64,000 nucleotides of DNA from Pseudomonadota bacterium. GTDB taxonomy: Bacteria; Bdellovibrionota_C; UBA2361; OMII01. Location: positions 5,573 to 69,572 of the forward strand of contig JAYPVM010000004.1 of the NCBI GenBank assembly GCA_038134595.1, in the 5' to 3' direction. The translations under genes were made by a program, and so were the position numbers. Position 1 is the stretch's first letter. Each line of letters opens with the position of its first letter. Below, piece after piece: positions 47,510 through 58,613 of the stretch. The notes beneath the pieces are model-generated. The model did no database searches and had not been told where the DNA came from. It was given only the letters and a program-made list of their open reading frames with translations.

Positions 47510-47770
47510 ACCGATTGTTCCTTGTCACAAATAACCGCCTGAAATTGTGCCACGTTCCTCGATATTGAACAAGTAAACTGGTTAAGGTGTTGAGAGTGTT
47601 CAACATCAATCGGTGGGGCTTGTGTGACTAGAGGTTTTTAAAAGCCCTGGTATCTACAGAAATAAGAGCGATGAATAATGGATCTAACGTGAACGGGTGG
47701 CACATAACCCTGCGCATGGGGCCGCTCTTGCGCCACTGTTCTCTATAAACCACATTCTTGTATGGTGCGC

Positions 47771-48157
47771 CTATGCAACTTCGGGGATGGGCAATTTCTT
47801 TGCTCTCATCCAGAGGCTCTCGATGTCATAGAACTCTCTTACAGGTTCGTAAAAGATGTGAACTACAATATCTCCACAGTCGACTAAGACCCATTGCCCC
47901 TCTTCATACCCTTCAACTGATGAAGGCTTGTGACCGCTCTTGCACAATTCTTCTATGACTCTATTGGTAATGCCCTGAACCTGCCTATCCGAGCGGCCCG
48001 ACACAACCACGAAGTAATCTGCAAAATCAGAGATCGAATGTACATCAAGTACTGTGATGTTTTGACCCTTGACTTCTTCACATGCATGAACGACCCGTTT
48101 TACGAGACCTAGCGAGTCGTTATCTTCCCGAACAATCAGCGCGAGATTCTTTCTCAT
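47771..48157 (-). CDS. rsfS: Ribosome silencing factor
   Basis: ADYFVVVSGRSDRQV, WVLVDCGDIVVHIF, REFYDIESLW. Confidence 0.95.
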   Translation of the reverse strand: MRKNLALIVREDNDSLGLVKRVVHACEEVKGQNITVLDVHSISDFADYFVVVSGRSDRQVQGITNRVIEELCKSGHKPSSVEGYEEGQWVLVDCGDIVVHIFYEPVREFYDIESLWMRAKKLPIPEVA

Positions 48158-48561
48158 ATGGTGTGGTGTCCTCCATTATATTTATAAGGTGTATTTGTTT
48201 GATTGCTTTTAAATGAGAGCTCGAAAGGGTTGAGAGGGGTGATAGGTGATTGTGCGATATAGAGAGTCTTTTGCAACGCATCGAGACGTGTAGGCCAGAA
48301 GGTGCCAACGGTTGTCTGAAATCCAATGCTGTGGTTTCTGGTGTTTATAGGCAGTCTCCTAAAATCCTCTATCCTTCTTTAATGATACCATAGTGCCCAG
48401 AATCCAACAAAGAGAATTGAGTAGTGGTGTGAAATTAAGGGGTTGAATGGGCTATAAGAGCCTTGTGATGGGCGGTTAAACAACGCCATACATGCCCTGT
48501 GTGAGAATAAACCGATGCTGTAAGTAAGCTCTAAGGTTTACTCATAGGAGGTCTTTGTGTC

Positions 48562-49122
48562 TTAGGTAATCGTTGCTCGTTTTAACGGATTAAGGTGCCC
48601 ATTCCGTGTGTCTTCGCCACGACATATCCGAGTCTGCGAAATCCATCGTGCGGCAACCCAATATCCAACAGGTATAGTAAAGAAGCGGGTCTTTGGGGGT
48701 GCGATATCTAGAATGGCATACAAAAGACTCTCGCTTAAGACGCTAAATACGCTTGCGCCAACGATTAAGATAGGGGCGATAAACCAATAGTTTTTCCAAA
48801 AATATGCGCTCGAGCGAAATAGGACGATATACGACACAAACACGTGTGTAATACCAAACAAGCCAAATGCAGGAAGCATGGTAATGACTAGATAGAGGCC
48901 GAGGCTCGTTTGGTAAGAGAAGAAATTTTGAACGAATGTAATATCAAGCTCTCCACGGACTAGTGAATCGGTAAGTGTGATTGCGATACCTATCGCCGCG
49001 CAGGCGCCAAATGAAGCGAGCAGAATTAAAGCAAGAGCTTTTAATGGAATGGTGATAAAAGAACGAACCTGCATAGACCTCCGATTTAGGGGTTGGCGGC
49101 GGGCGTTTTTGCCCCGCGCCAC
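48562..49122 (-). CDS. Hypothetical membrane protein
   Basis: ~4 hydrophobic helices; start uncertain. Confidence 0.6.
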   Translation of the reverse strand: MARGKNARRQPLNRRSMQVRSFITIPLKALALILLASFGACAAIGIAITLTDSLVRGELDITFVQNFFSYQTSLGLYLVITMLPAFGLFGITHVFVSYIVLFRSSAYFWKNYWFIAPILIVGASVFSVLSESLLYAILDIAPPKTRFFTIPVGYWVAARWISQTRICRGEDTRNGHLNPLKRATIT

Positions 49123-49242
49123 GAGCTGTCAAACTCACAGAGGTATCTCCCCGGTGAGCTAATGAGGTAATCGAACTGGTGATGTAAAAGTTTCGTGTCG
49201 AAGCCGAATTGAAGGAAATTAAATCAAGTAAGTACCGGTTTT

Positions 49243-49782
49243 TTACCGTGAACAGCTCGAGGCTGAACGATTGTTCCACGGCATCCTAGCTAGAAGCATT
49301 CCCATCCCACAGGTGTCAGTAACTCCAGCAAAGATAAGTCCTGCTCCGACAAATCCCGAGATGACATAGCCAATCGGATGTACGAGAGAGCCAAGAATAA
49401 CACCAAATAGTACTAATGTGCCTGCCGCTATTCGAACTTGTCGTTCGAGAGAGATAGTCTTTCTTCCGTTTATTGTGGGTAGGCCAGCGGCCTGCCACGC
49501 AGTTATTCCACCCTCAAGAACCACCGCGTTAGAGACGCCAGCTTGCACTAGCTTCTCGTATGCTTGAGAGGCGCGACCTCCTGAGCGACAAACAACGATA
49601 CATCGAGATGATTGCGCACTTAAGGTCTTTATCTCTTCGGTCGAGAGCGTTTGCAGGGGCCGTAGTACAGCACCGTTAATATGCGATTCTTCAAATTCTG
49701 CCGGGGTTCGTACGTCTAGCAAAAGTGATTCGCGGGAGTGTTCAAGGGCTTCTTGTGGTGAGATAGTTTGTGGTGCATTCAT
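49243..49782 (-). CDS. Rhodanese plus DUF2892 (YgaP-like)
   Basis: DVRTPAEF, CRSGGRA, SLERQVRIAAG, CGMGMLLARMPWN. Confidence 0.93.
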   Translation of the reverse strand: MNAPQTISPQEALEHSRESLLLDVRTPAEFEESHINGAVLRPLQTLSTEEIKTLSAQSSRCIVVCRSGGRASQAYEKLVQAGVSNAVVLEGGITAWQAAGLPTINGRKTISLERQVRIAAGTLVLFGVILGSLVHPIGYVISGFVGAGLIFAGVTDTCGMGMLLARMPWNNRSASSCSR

Positions 49783-49825
49783 TGTAGTTTCCTAGCATAG
49801 CGTTATGCGAGTTTTATATTTTGAT

Positions 49826-50788
49826 TTACGCTACGGCCTCTTTTAGCTGGCTTTCCATTATAAATTTCTCGACAGCTTCTAGGGGTATGACTGGCATCCC
49901 CCCAGCATACGTTGCATGCATTGCGCCGGTAATGTTGCCAAACTGGCAGCATTCTTCGAGCGGTGCGCCACTAAGAAATTTGTAGGTAAATCCCGCTGAA
50001 AAAGCGTCACCGGAGCCGATTGTGTCAACCACAGAGACCGGTATGCCGGGAACAGTAACACTTCCAGTCGATGTATCCACTGCCAGAACGCCCTTTTCGC
50101 CGAGGGTAATCAGAATTGTGTCGATCCGAAAGTGTTTCATGATGATTTCAGAGAAGGCTTCTGGTTCGGTTGTCTCAATTTCTAGAAGACTAGCCACCAT
50201 ATCAACTTCACTTTGATTAAGTTTGAGAATGTTGGTGAGCTCTAGTGAGCGATGGATCGTCTCCTTTGTATAGCAGTTTCGTCGCAGATTGATATCCAGA
50301 AACTTCGTGGCTTGAGAAGCGGTATCGAGCAACGTGTATATCGTCGAACGTCCTTTGTCCGTTCGTTGAGCTAACGTCCCGAAGCAAACAAAAGAAGCCT
50401 CTTTTGCGGCTGTTTCTAGAGTGGTAGTCCACTCTAAATTATCATAGGCAACGTCTGGATTGATCGTAAAACTTGGGTTTCCATCTGAGGTAAGTTTGAC
50501 ATCTACTGTGCCGGTTGGGGTGTCTGTGTCTCTTTGCAGGAGAGAGAGATCAAAATTAAGTTCTGTTAAGCCGTCGATTAGCTCCTGACCGAGCACATCC
50601 TCTCCGATTCTGCTAACCATCAGAGCTGGAACGCCTAACTGGCGTAACCGGAAACAGTAGTTAGCTGGTGCCCCGCCCAACAGTTTTCCGCTTGGGAGCA
50701 TGTCCCAAAGTAGTTCTCCGAGTGCAAGTACCTTGCCGCAGTTAATCTCAGATTGCATTGCGCGAGCCTCCATAATAGTTACGTTCAC
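49826..50788 (-). CDS. PfkB-family carbohydrate kinase
   Basis: GELLWD, GGAPAN, DTIGSGDAF. Confidence 0.93.
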   Translation of the reverse strand: MNVTIMEARAMQSEINCGKVLALGELLWDMLPSGKLLGGAPANYCFRLRQLGVPALMVSRIGEDVLGQELIDGLTELNFDLSLLQRDTDTPTGTVDVKLTSDGNPSFTINPDVAYDNLEWTTTLETAAKEASFVCFGTLAQRTDKGRSTIYTLLDTASQATKFLDINLRRNCYTKETIHRSLELTNILKLNQSEVDMVASLLEIETTEPEAFSEIIMKHFRIDTILITLGEKGVLAVDTSTGSVTVPGIPVSVVDTIGSGDAFSAGFTYKFLSGAPLEECCQFGNITGAMHATYAGGMPVIPLEAVEKFIMESQLKEAVA

Positions 50789-51356
50789 AAAACTTTCTTA
50801 ACCTATTTTTTGTTGTAGGTATAGACCGACCACCATTGTTTACCCGCAAAATCAGTGTTTCCCAATGAGAAGTGTGCGCCATCGGAGGAAAGGAGTGTTC
50901 GTCTTTAATTGTTGAGTTAGGGGGATAATATGTTGCTATTTATAGCAATTTTTGTATTAGTGGAGGAGCTTTAAATAGTACTTTGTTCCTTCGCGTTGAT
51001 GGCGTATTCTTTGGTCAGTTGACATCGCAAAGTCTCGTTGATAGTCTTTCGCTCGTTGATAGGAAACGCTTTTATTGTTTCCAATTGCTTATATTTAGTT
51101 CGTTAAATCGCACCCAGCATAGGGACAAAGCTTTTCGCATGATTCTTCTGGGAATGTGGCAATTTTTTTGGTTGCCATAGTTGCGTCACAACGTTGGCCC
51201 TGCTTTTCTTAAGGGTCTTATTGAAGCGTATTACTGCTCAAGTTTAAAAGGGGCGCCCTTGTCTGCCTCATGGTGTGTTTGTGACGCGCATGATAGGCAA
51301 GAGTCTCTTTTTTGTTTGTTTTGTCCTTAGATGAGCAGTTTTTCGGAATATCAAAT

Positions 51357-52385
51357 ATGGGTCAGGGAGCAACGCAACAAGTAGACTCTAGAGACCGTGG
51401 AACTGGAAGCCGTGGAACTGGAAGCCGTGAACAAAGAGATGACTCGGGCAGCCCGCCTTGTCTGAGCGAAGAGTCTATTCCTGGACTGCATAGGGTCTTG
51501 TTGTCAAAAGTGGAGGGAGTAGTTGAAATATCGCCTCGTGGTGTTATCTCTGATTTTGATGAAACGATAGCAAGAGGGACCGGGGTGTTTCATGACAGTC
51601 ATAAAGGTCGTTTTGCATGGGCTTTGACGAGGTCGCTGCTCGCCTCTCAATTTCAATCTCTCAGTCATGATTGTCATGTACAATACCTCTACACAGGCTC
51701 TATTTTTAACGCAACGGACTGGAGCCCATATGCCGAGGCTGCAGGCCAGAGTGAGGATGCCGTTATCCGACAGATAGCTAAAACTCATATTAAAGGGAGA
51801 GATAGCAAAACTGATGTTGAAGAGAGATATGTTGCAGAGCTCGTTGGCCGCTTGCAAGGAGAGTTGCAGATAATGTTGGAAGGCGACAGCATCGTAAGTC
51901 AGTTAGCCGAAGCAACAGATGTAACGCTCGATCAAGGTGTCGCCGCAATCTACAGGGCTTCCATAGAAAGAGGAGTTCCATTTATTATTTGTAGTGCTTC
52001 GAGCACACCAATAGTAAGGTTGCTGTGGCAGTTTCTGCACAGGGAAATTTCTGGTATTTCAGAGCCTCCAATTATGGGAAATGCAACTAAGAAACTAAAT
52101 GGAGGTTTTAGTGGCCAGGATGTACGGAAAGCTTGCCTGCAGGCTAGCATCGCTCCAGAACAAGCTATCATGTTGGGAGATAGTATTGGAGATGTTGGCG
52201 CGGCGTTTTTAGCAGGCATTCCCGATGTGTATATCCGATTGCCTCTTGCTGGCTTAGATGAAGAGAAGGTTAAAGCAGTTGAGTTCGCTTTTACCCAAGA
52301 GGTTCTTAATCTACCCCGGATTCATGAGGGGATCAGCGGCCGAGTCCATCTGATAGATGATTTCAAAAATCTTAGATTCGTATAA
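51357..52385 (+). CDS. HAD-superfamily hydrolase
   Basis: Motif I SDFDET, motif IV GDSIGD; 15-bp tandem duplication (RGTGS x2) near the N-terminus. Confidence 0.75.
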   Translation: MGQGATQQVDSRDRGTGSRGTGSREQRDDSGSPPCLSEESIPGLHRVLLSKVEGVVEISPRGVISDFDETIARGTGVFHDSHKGRFAWALTRSLLASQFQSLSHDCHVQYLYTGSIFNATDWSPYAEAAGQSEDAVIRQIAKTHIKGRDSKTDVEERYVAELVGRLQGELQIMLEGDSIVSQLAEATDVTLDQGVAAIYRASIERGVPFIICSASSTPIVRLLWQFLHREISGISEPPIMGNATKKLNGGFSGQDVRKACLQASIAPEQAIMLGDSIGDVGAAFLAGIPDVYIRLPLAGLDEEKVKAVEFAFTQEVLNLPRIHEGISGRVHLIDDFKNLRFV

Positions 52386-52403
52386 ATTGCGGGAGATAAA
52401 TCA

Positions 52404-52916
52404 GTGAATTTGATGAGTGCGCACAATTACTATAAGGACATGCCGACTGACTTCCTCGAACGAGAGGATTATATTAACTTCTGCACTAAGGTTGGAGCAC
52501 AGGAGCCCCCAAGAGTTTCTAGCCCCTTGTTTGATCAGCTTATGAGACAAATAGAGTTTGATTCGCAGTCGAGTGTGATATCGACTCCTTGGGGAGGGGT
52601 TGTTATTGAGAGTCTCTCGAATAATGACACAGAAGTTAAGAAGAATTTGGTTGTGAAACAAGGAAAGTATTTAGCGTTTGAGAAACACTCTCAAAAGGTT
52701 GAAACACTTTCATGGAAAGAGGGGCTAGGAGTTCTGGTCTACCGCCCTAGAGAGGGGGGCGCTCTTAGAACGGCTGAAATCAAGGAGGGGTTTTCAATAA
52801 CCCTGGAGCCAGGTCAGGAGCACACCATCATTGCGCGTAGTAATTTGGTTGTGTGGGAGGAGTCCACAGACCCATTAGGAATGGATAACGACTTGATTTT
52901 TATCTATGAGCCGTAA
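52404..52916 (+). CDS. Cupin-fold protein (mannose-6-phosphate isomerase-like)
   Basis: TPWGG, EKHSQKVE, LEPGQEHTI, EEST. Confidence 0.65.
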   Translation: MNLMSAHNYYKDMPTDFLEREDYINFCTKVGAQEPPRVSSPLFDQLMRQIEFDSQSSVISTPWGGVVIESLSNNDTEVKKNLVVKQGKYLAFEKHSQKVETLSWKEGLGVLVYRPREGGALRTAEIKEGFSITLEPGQEHTIIARSNLVVWEESTDPLGMDNDLIFIYEP

Positions 52917-52985
52917 TCGGGTCCAAGTATTCGTAGTTTTTCTATAGTTAGCAGGTCGCTTGCGTAGAGTTTTAAGTGAGCCGGC

Positions 52986-53726
52986 TTACAGCCGAGAGCC
53001 CGAGCCTGCTCCTGCTAGCGGATCCCAGTCGATTACCTGGATGTCCCGCTCCATTAGAGCTATGCGTACCTCTTTATTTTGCTCTGAGGGCGTTACCCAT
53101 ACCTGTTCAAGATTAGGTAGCGACAAAAGAGGGCTTATATCAAGCTCAAAATCAAATCCGAAATGACTCTGCCAGACCTGAACAATTCGCAATCTTTGGC
53201 ATGCTGTCAGGGGCTCAAGACTCCTGATGTTGCAGTACGAGAGGCGCGCTTCCTCTAGTTGAGAGAGATTCCCTACTGGCGAGGTGTCGTATAGCGGCGA
53301 TCCCTCAAGGTTTAATTCCTTAAGAGAAGATGCCTCCGAGAGCACATCAAACGATTTAATCTCTTTACAGGAGCGCAGGTGTAACTTTTCCAAATCCCCG
53401 CACTTAGAGAAGTCGGGGATTTCTTTAAATGCACCTCCCCATAAACAAAGAGCTTGGAGGCCAGATAAGTCGCTAAGGGCGGTAATATCGGGGTACCAAC
53501 TACCAGAAGACATAATGAACTCGTGTACGCGTCCATTGGAGTTAATCTTTGCATAACTTGTAAGGAGCATCTCCTGTGCGGGAAACGAAGCTTCAGGAAT
53601 AAAGGCTCTATTGTCCTCAATAAATCGGCGAAGCGTTAGGATGTCTTGTTTTATTACCGATACCCGATGCCCTGTCAGGTCTCCTTGTGACTGCTCAGTA
53701 CTATTTGAGAAGAAATGCTCTGCCAT
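52986..53726 (-). CDS. Leucine-rich repeat protein
   Basis: LSGLQALCL, LEKLHL, LKELNL, LPNLEQVWV. Confidence 0.8.
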   Translation of the reverse strand: MAEHFFSNSTEQSQGDLTGHRVSVIKQDILTLRRFIEDNRAFIPEASFPAQEMLLTSYAKINSNGRVHEFIMSSGSWYPDITALSDLSGLQALCLWGGAFKEIPDFSKCGDLEKLHLRSCKEIKSFDVLSEASSLKELNLEGSPLYDTSPVGNLSQLEEARLSYCNIRSLEPLTACQRLRIVQVWQSHFGFDFELDISPLLSLPNLEQVWVTPSEQNKEVRIALMERDIQVIDWDPLAGAGSGSRL

Positions 53727-54021
53727 TCTTTCAATTCTAACACATTGCAAAAAGCAATTCATGCACCGTTTTGGTTGGTAAAAAGCTAGTTTCTGTCTAT
53801 AAAGTTCCGTAACATACGGAATTCAGGCGAGGATAGTGATTTATTGCGGGGCTGTCTCCAAGAGTTGATCGACGATATGCCTGCTCTGGAGGTTCCAGAC
53901 TCAGTTTTGTCAAAATCTTCCTCTTAGATCAAAGCGTGTTGCGAGCCGGTGTTCGGTTTGAGTTTGATTAGATGCTTTGGAAGAATCTATATGCGCAGTC
54001 CCTCGGTGGCAGGCGCCCTTT

Positions 54022-55062
54022 TTAGAGCTTTTCTTTGACCCTCGATGAGATCAGATAGCACTCCCCCCCTTCGATAGTAACGATAGATTTACCTACCCGT
54101 GTGTCTGTCCTCTCTGCAATTAAAAATTGTGATACTTCGACAGTTGTTGTTTGAGACACGCTCCGAAGGGGCTCTTCTATCGACCCAAGATCGATTTGGC
54201 TCTGTACTGCCATTTGTATGGGAAGAGCGTGTATCGGTTTAAACGGTGCGTCGGTGGAACCTTGTAACTCGATAGAGCTTTCTATGAGCGTTGTGCCGGT
54301 TTTGGTGTGAGACCATGTTGGAGGGAGATCTATGTTCTTGGATGCTTGGATACTGGTCATGATTTTGTGGGCCGAATGATCCTCTACAGATAGAATCCCG
54401 TCTGCTTTCGCATTTACAAGTGCTCTAAAATCCGTTGGCTCGTAGGGAGATAGAAGAAGCTTGTCTCTATGAGCATACTGTCGAGGACAAAGCACCACCC
54501 CTTGAACGCCGCAATCTCTTGTCGGAGGCACAAAAGCTAGCATATCGGAGCTAAGGGTTCCTTCGAGCCTTATTGGCTGGATCGCATCACGAGAAAACGG
54601 TACAAGGAACCCGGTTGCATCGCTTTTAAACCGTGGGCTGCTGTGTCTGAGGAACACTTGTTGTGGTGAGAAGTTGATGTGGACAGAATATGAATTTATA
54701 TGAGTCTTATCAGGATCTCCCTTATAAGAGAAACGAAGTTCAACCGCGAAGTCTGATTTAGTCACCGTTACTGCCTTAGCAAGCGACTGATTGGGAACAT
54801 CTCCTTTAGATATTTCAACGGGACACAGCTGCTCTAAAACTGCCTTTGTATCTATCGGAGAGATGTTTTCTTCAAAGGTTTGCATTAACAAACTGCGCCG
54901 CTTTTGATCGAGTGGAGACGCTACCAGAAGTGACGATGACGGGTATTGTGATGCGGGTGTATGTAATGCCGTTAATGAAGGATGAGGCTGTGCCCAACTA
55001 TTGTGAGGTGGTGTTAAAAGACTTATCAGATATAGTAGAATTAGATATCTCATCGCGCGCAT
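54022..55062 (-). CDS. Secreted hypothetical protein
   Basis: Signal-like N-terminus; coupled to upstream gene (TAATG). Confidence 0.65.
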   Translation of the reverse strand: MRAMRYLILLYLISLLTPPHNSWAQPHPSLTALHTPASQYPSSSLLVASPLDQKRRSLLMQTFEENISPIDTKAVLEQLCPVEISKGDVPNQSLAKAVTVTKSDFAVELRFSYKGDPDKTHINSYSVHINFSPQQVFLRHSSPRFKSDATGFLVPFSRDAIQPIRLEGTLSSDMLAFVPPTRDCGVQGVVLCPRQYAHRDKLLLSPYEPTDFRALVNAKADGILSVEDHSAHKIMTSIQASKNIDLPPTWSHTKTGTTLIESSIELQGSTDAPFKPIHALPIQMAVQSQIDLGSIEEPLRSVSQTTTVEVSQFLIAERTDTRVGKSIVTIEGGECYLISSRVKEKL

Positions 55063-55790
55063 TACTCCGAATCTCGTAGTTGTGTCTGTAATGTCAGAAG
55101 TTTTTCTGGAGTTCCAATATCAGTCCAGGTTGTGGCATCAATCTCAGAGACATAGACGTTATTAGTATTTCGAGCTGCTAACAAAAACGCCTCCATGATA
55201 GAAAAGCTTGCTTGATCAGGCATGTATTGAAAGATGCTAGGCGAGCAGATGCTTATGCCGCTAAACGCTAGTCGTCGTTCGGTTGCTTTAGGGGTGTGTG
55301 GTGGTTGCTCTCCCGTCCATCCTGTCACCCTACTGTTGGCATCGACAAACACTCCTCGACTTGAGGACCGAGTCATACACACAAGTGTTGCAGAAGCTTG
55401 CTGTTTGAGATGCGCTTGATACGTAACGCCGATATCTGACGTGCAGTAAATATCGGCGTTATGAACGATAAAGGCCGACTCATTTTCAAAATGTCTTGCC
55501 ACATTTTTGAGACCGCCACCGGTATCGAGTAGTGATGTCTCGTGCGAGAGATGAACTGTGATGCCATATTGCTCCTGCTGACTTATATGCGCCTCGAGTT
55601 GTTCAGCCATGTGGTGTGTGTTAACGACGAGCTCCGATGCGCCTAGTTTTACCAGTTTTTTGGCCACATGATCGAGGATGGTCTCACCGTTTCCAAGCGG
55701 CATGAGGCATTTGGGCGTAGATTGTGTGAGGGCGCCTAAGCGGGAACCTATGCCCGCTGCCAGAATCATTGCTTTCATGTCGGATAGCAT
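55062..55790 (-). CDS. Nucleotidyltransferase (MurU-like)
   Basis: KAMILAAGIGSRL, PKCL, LDTGGGL, WTDIGTPE. Confidence 0.9.
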   Translation of the reverse strand: MLSDMKAMILAAGIGSRLGALTQSTPKCLMPLGNGETILDHVAKKLVKLGASELVVNTHHMAEQLEAHISQQEQYGITVHLSHETSLLDTGGGLKNVARHFENESAFIVHNADIYCTSDIGVTYQAHLKQQASATLVCMTRSSSRGVFVDANSRVTGWTGEQPPHTPKATERRLAFSGISICSPSIFQYMPDQASFSIMEAFLLAARNTNNVYVSEIDATTWTDIGTPEKLLTLQTQLRDSE

Positions 55791-55917
55791 ACGGCATGAT
55801 GTGGTGGTTGAGAAGAGTATGATGTTTTTCTCACCTTAAAAATTTAAGGTGTGTTAGAAGCATTAGTGTATTGTTACGAAACAAGCTGGGATACTTTTTC
55901 CGCACAAGGAGCATATC

Positions 55918-56853
55918 ATGAAAGATGTATTGTCGTGGTCTAGCTGGGCCTCTCCTCAGATTTACGAGCTCTTGGAGTTTGCAGCACACGTTAAAGATAA
56001 TCGATCGCACTTTAACGGCGCTATGGTTGGCAGAAGTATAGCGCTGCTCTTTCAAAAAACATCGACCCGCACACGGGTGTCATTTGAAGCTGCTATGACC
56101 GAAATGGGCGGACATGCGATTGCTATTGATTGGCGGTCATCTAATTTCGATCTTACAGATATCTCGTTTGAGAGCAGGTATCTATCGAGAAATGTCGCGC
56201 TTATTATGGCTCGAGTAAAGAGGCACGAAGATCTGCTAAAGATAGCTGATGGCTCAGAAGTTCCAGTTGTAAACGGGTGCTGTAATCAGTTTCACCCCTG
56301 CCAGAGTCTAGCTGATATGTTGACGATATATCGGCATTCAGGATCACTAAAGGGGATTACACTCTGCTATGTCGGTGTGCATAACAATGTAACGAACTCT
56401 CTTATTGAGATTACGGCGGCTCTTGGTGTTCATTTAGTGTTGGTGACGCCTTTAGTGAGGGATGATGCCTATGTAGAAAGTGTTGTAAACAAAGGAGTCG
56501 CTGCAAAGACCTTGACGTGGGAGAAGGATGTGCGGCATGCAGTACGGCATGCTGATTACGTGTACACTGATACGTGGGTCGATATGGAGCTTTTCGATGA
56601 TCCAGCCTATGCTGAGGAGAAAGAGGAGCGAATAGAGTTGATGCGACCGTATCAATTAAATCGTGATTTGTTGGAGGGCTCTAGCGCGAAGGTAATGCAC
56701 GACATGCCGATACATGCGGGATATGAGATCTCAAAGGAACTAGTCCTAGACCCACGCTCGATTATTTTTGATCAAGCTGAGAATCGACTTGATGCACAGA
56801 AGGCACTCATTTTAAGGCTTTTAGATGGTAGCTTTGAAAGATTAATTTCCTAG
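55918..56853 (+). CDS. argF: Ornithine carbamoyltransferase
   Basis: STRTRVSFE, HPCQ, YTDTW, HDMP, QAENR. Confidence 0.9.
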   Translation: MKDVLSWSSWASPQIYELLEFAAHVKDNRSHFNGAMVGRSIALLFQKTSTRTRVSFEAAMTEMGGHAIAIDWRSSNFDLTDISFESRYLSRNVALIMARVKRHEDLLKIADGSEVPVVNGCCNQFHPCQSLADMLTIYRHSGSLKGITLCYVGVHNNVTNSLIEITAALGVHLVLVTPLVRDDAYVESVVNKGVAAKTLTWEKDVRHAVRHADYVYTDTWVDMELFDDPAYAEEKEERIELMRPYQLNRDLLEGSSAKVMHDMPIHAGYEISKELVLDPRSIIFDQAENRLDAQKALILRLLDGSFERLIS

Positions 56854-56858
56854 CCGTA

Positions 56859-58613
56859 TTAAGCCGATGGAGAGATTCCTGCTCTATCGAGGTCAATGAG
56901 GATGAGATTTCCGAAATGAAAGACTAATCCTTTTTCTACCAATGTTCGTAAGAAGAGTGTATCGGTGTCCATGTTTTTTCGGGCGGAGCGAATCTCTTCT
57001 CGAAACGGAGAGAAATAACTTGGTGTTTTAGAGAGGTGGCGCTTGTCGATGAGAACGTGGGTGACGCGATACTTGGAACGAAGGTGTTGAAATGGCTTTT
57101 CGTCAACGGCGCTAAAAGCTTCAATGATTGCTCTTGTACGTTTTCTCATCTCTTCGAGGTAGTCTCGGTGAAAGATTTGATGTCCTTCCTCATAAACGAG
57201 AACGCTGCGAGCTGAGAATAGGGGGATCATATTCGCTATTCCACGGGGCCATGCGGCGATGACACTGTCTTTGGGAAGAGAGCGAATAAAAGAAAAAAGT
57301 GGAAGGCTCCCAGAGGCGCTGGGAACGGGTTGGGCCGGAAGATTTGTCCAGCCGAGAAAGGCCACTAATAGTGCGCATGTGAGAGCGCCGATGGTTTTTC
57401 GGGCGAATGGAAGAAACGTACGGCTTAAGGCCATTGCGCCATGAAACCATACTGCTGGGAAAACAATTGGAATAAGAGCGGTGATACCGATTGTCGTATA
57501 GCGCGATGGTATATAGATAAGCGGAAATGTGATTGTCGCTATCCCGTATGTCGCCCCTACTGCAAGTATAAATAACAAAAGCCTTGCTGTCGGTTGCGAA
57601 AGTGCTCCTTGGTTATATCGAAGGGCAAGAAGACCGAGGATAGCGGTTAGTAGCAAGATAGTTATTCGTTGTTGTTTGGGCGAGAGTCCTAAGTATGCAC
57701 CAAGGGTTTGTTTTTCTTCGACGCCTTTTTGGCGGTTACCCGATATTCGTTCGGCTAAGATGTTGGCAGTCGTGACTTTTAATACATCTTGGAAGAATCC
57801 TGTCGGTACTCCTCTATCTCCTTGGGTATAACGGCCGTTACCACCCCATTCTGCGTATTCTGTTTCGGCTGACAGTGAGAGGCGCTCTCCGTACTGCATA
57901 CCCCCTCGTAGTTGAGGGACTGCCATGAGAGCGCATATGATTCCCGTGGCTCCTAAGAGAAAAATGCGCTTAACCGGAGACCATGAAGAGGCCTCTCCTC
58001 GATACTGCTTTGGGCACACAACTAAAAGAAGCGAAAGTACTGCATACAACAGAATAGATGCTGCAGGATAAAGAGGCATTGCTATTACTGCAAGAGAGGC
58101 GAGTCCGATTGCATTGCCTTGCACCGTGAAGAGTAGCCCCGCAGAAGTCAGACAGAATCCAAAGCCCCGCTGAATACCACCTAAAAAATAGAAATTCTTC
58201 AAGACACCACCAAAAGCTAAGAAGAGGGTGGTGGATGCAACCACTTTGCCCGCGAGTCGATAAGCGGTAAGGGTACTCAAGTAGATAAAAGCCACACTCA
58301 TTGTGAGCGTCACGAATTTGGATGCATGGGGCGGGTACGTGACGAGCATTAAAACTCCGTAAAACCAACGGAATAAAAAGGGAAGAATTGCGGTTTCGTA
58401 GTAGCTGATGATGTAATCATTGACGAGAAGCGTTTTGTCGTACGAATTCCAAAACGGGGCTATGTGCTGGAGTGCATCGCCGTTAAAGGAATATGGATCG
58501 AAGAGGCTTGTGAGGCGTACCACTAAAGGTTTCCAGTACATTAACACCACTATTAACAACACGCAGACAGGAGGAAGGAGCTTTGAGAACTGGGGATGCA
58601 ATTTGCGAAGCAC
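56859..58613 (-). CDS. Polytopic membrane protein, possibly GT-C glycosyltransferase-like
   Basis: N-terminal TM, acidic loop (FNGDALQH), ~10 TMs, soluble C-domain (YRVTHVLID). Confidence 0.6.
   Translation of the reverse strand: MLRKLHPQFSKLLPPVCVLLIVVLMYWKPLVVRLTSLFDPYSFNGDALQHIAPFWNSYDKTLLVNDYIISYYETAILPFLFRWFYGVLMLVTYPPHASKFVTLTMSVAFIYLSTLTAYRLAGKVVASTTLFLAFGGVLKNFYFLGGIQRGFGFCLTSAGLLFTVQGNAIGLASLAVIAMPLYPAASILLYAVLSLLLVVCPKQYRGEASSWSPVKRIFLLGATGIICALMAVPQLRGGMQYGERLSLSAETEYAEWGGNGRYTQGDRGVPTGFFQDVLKVTTANILAERISGNRQKGVEEKQTLGAYLGLSPKQQRITILLLTAILGLLALRYNQGALSQPTARLLLFILAVGATYGIATITFPLIYIPSRYTTIGITALIPIVFPAVWFHGAMALSRTFLPFARKTIGALTCALLVAFLGWTNLPAQPVPSASGSLPLFSFIRSLPKDSVIAAWPRGIANMIPLFSARSVLVYEEGHQIFHRDYLEEMRKRTRAIIEAFSAVDEKPFQHLRSKYRVTHVLIDKRHLSKTPSYFSPFREEIRSARKNMDTDTLFLRTLVEKGLVFHFGNLILIDLDRAGISPSA

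Noticed and set aside
53790..53927. + strand peptide ...LIDDMPALEV as a relic of the HAD C-terminus
   Set aside because: Only a four-residue match; could be chance
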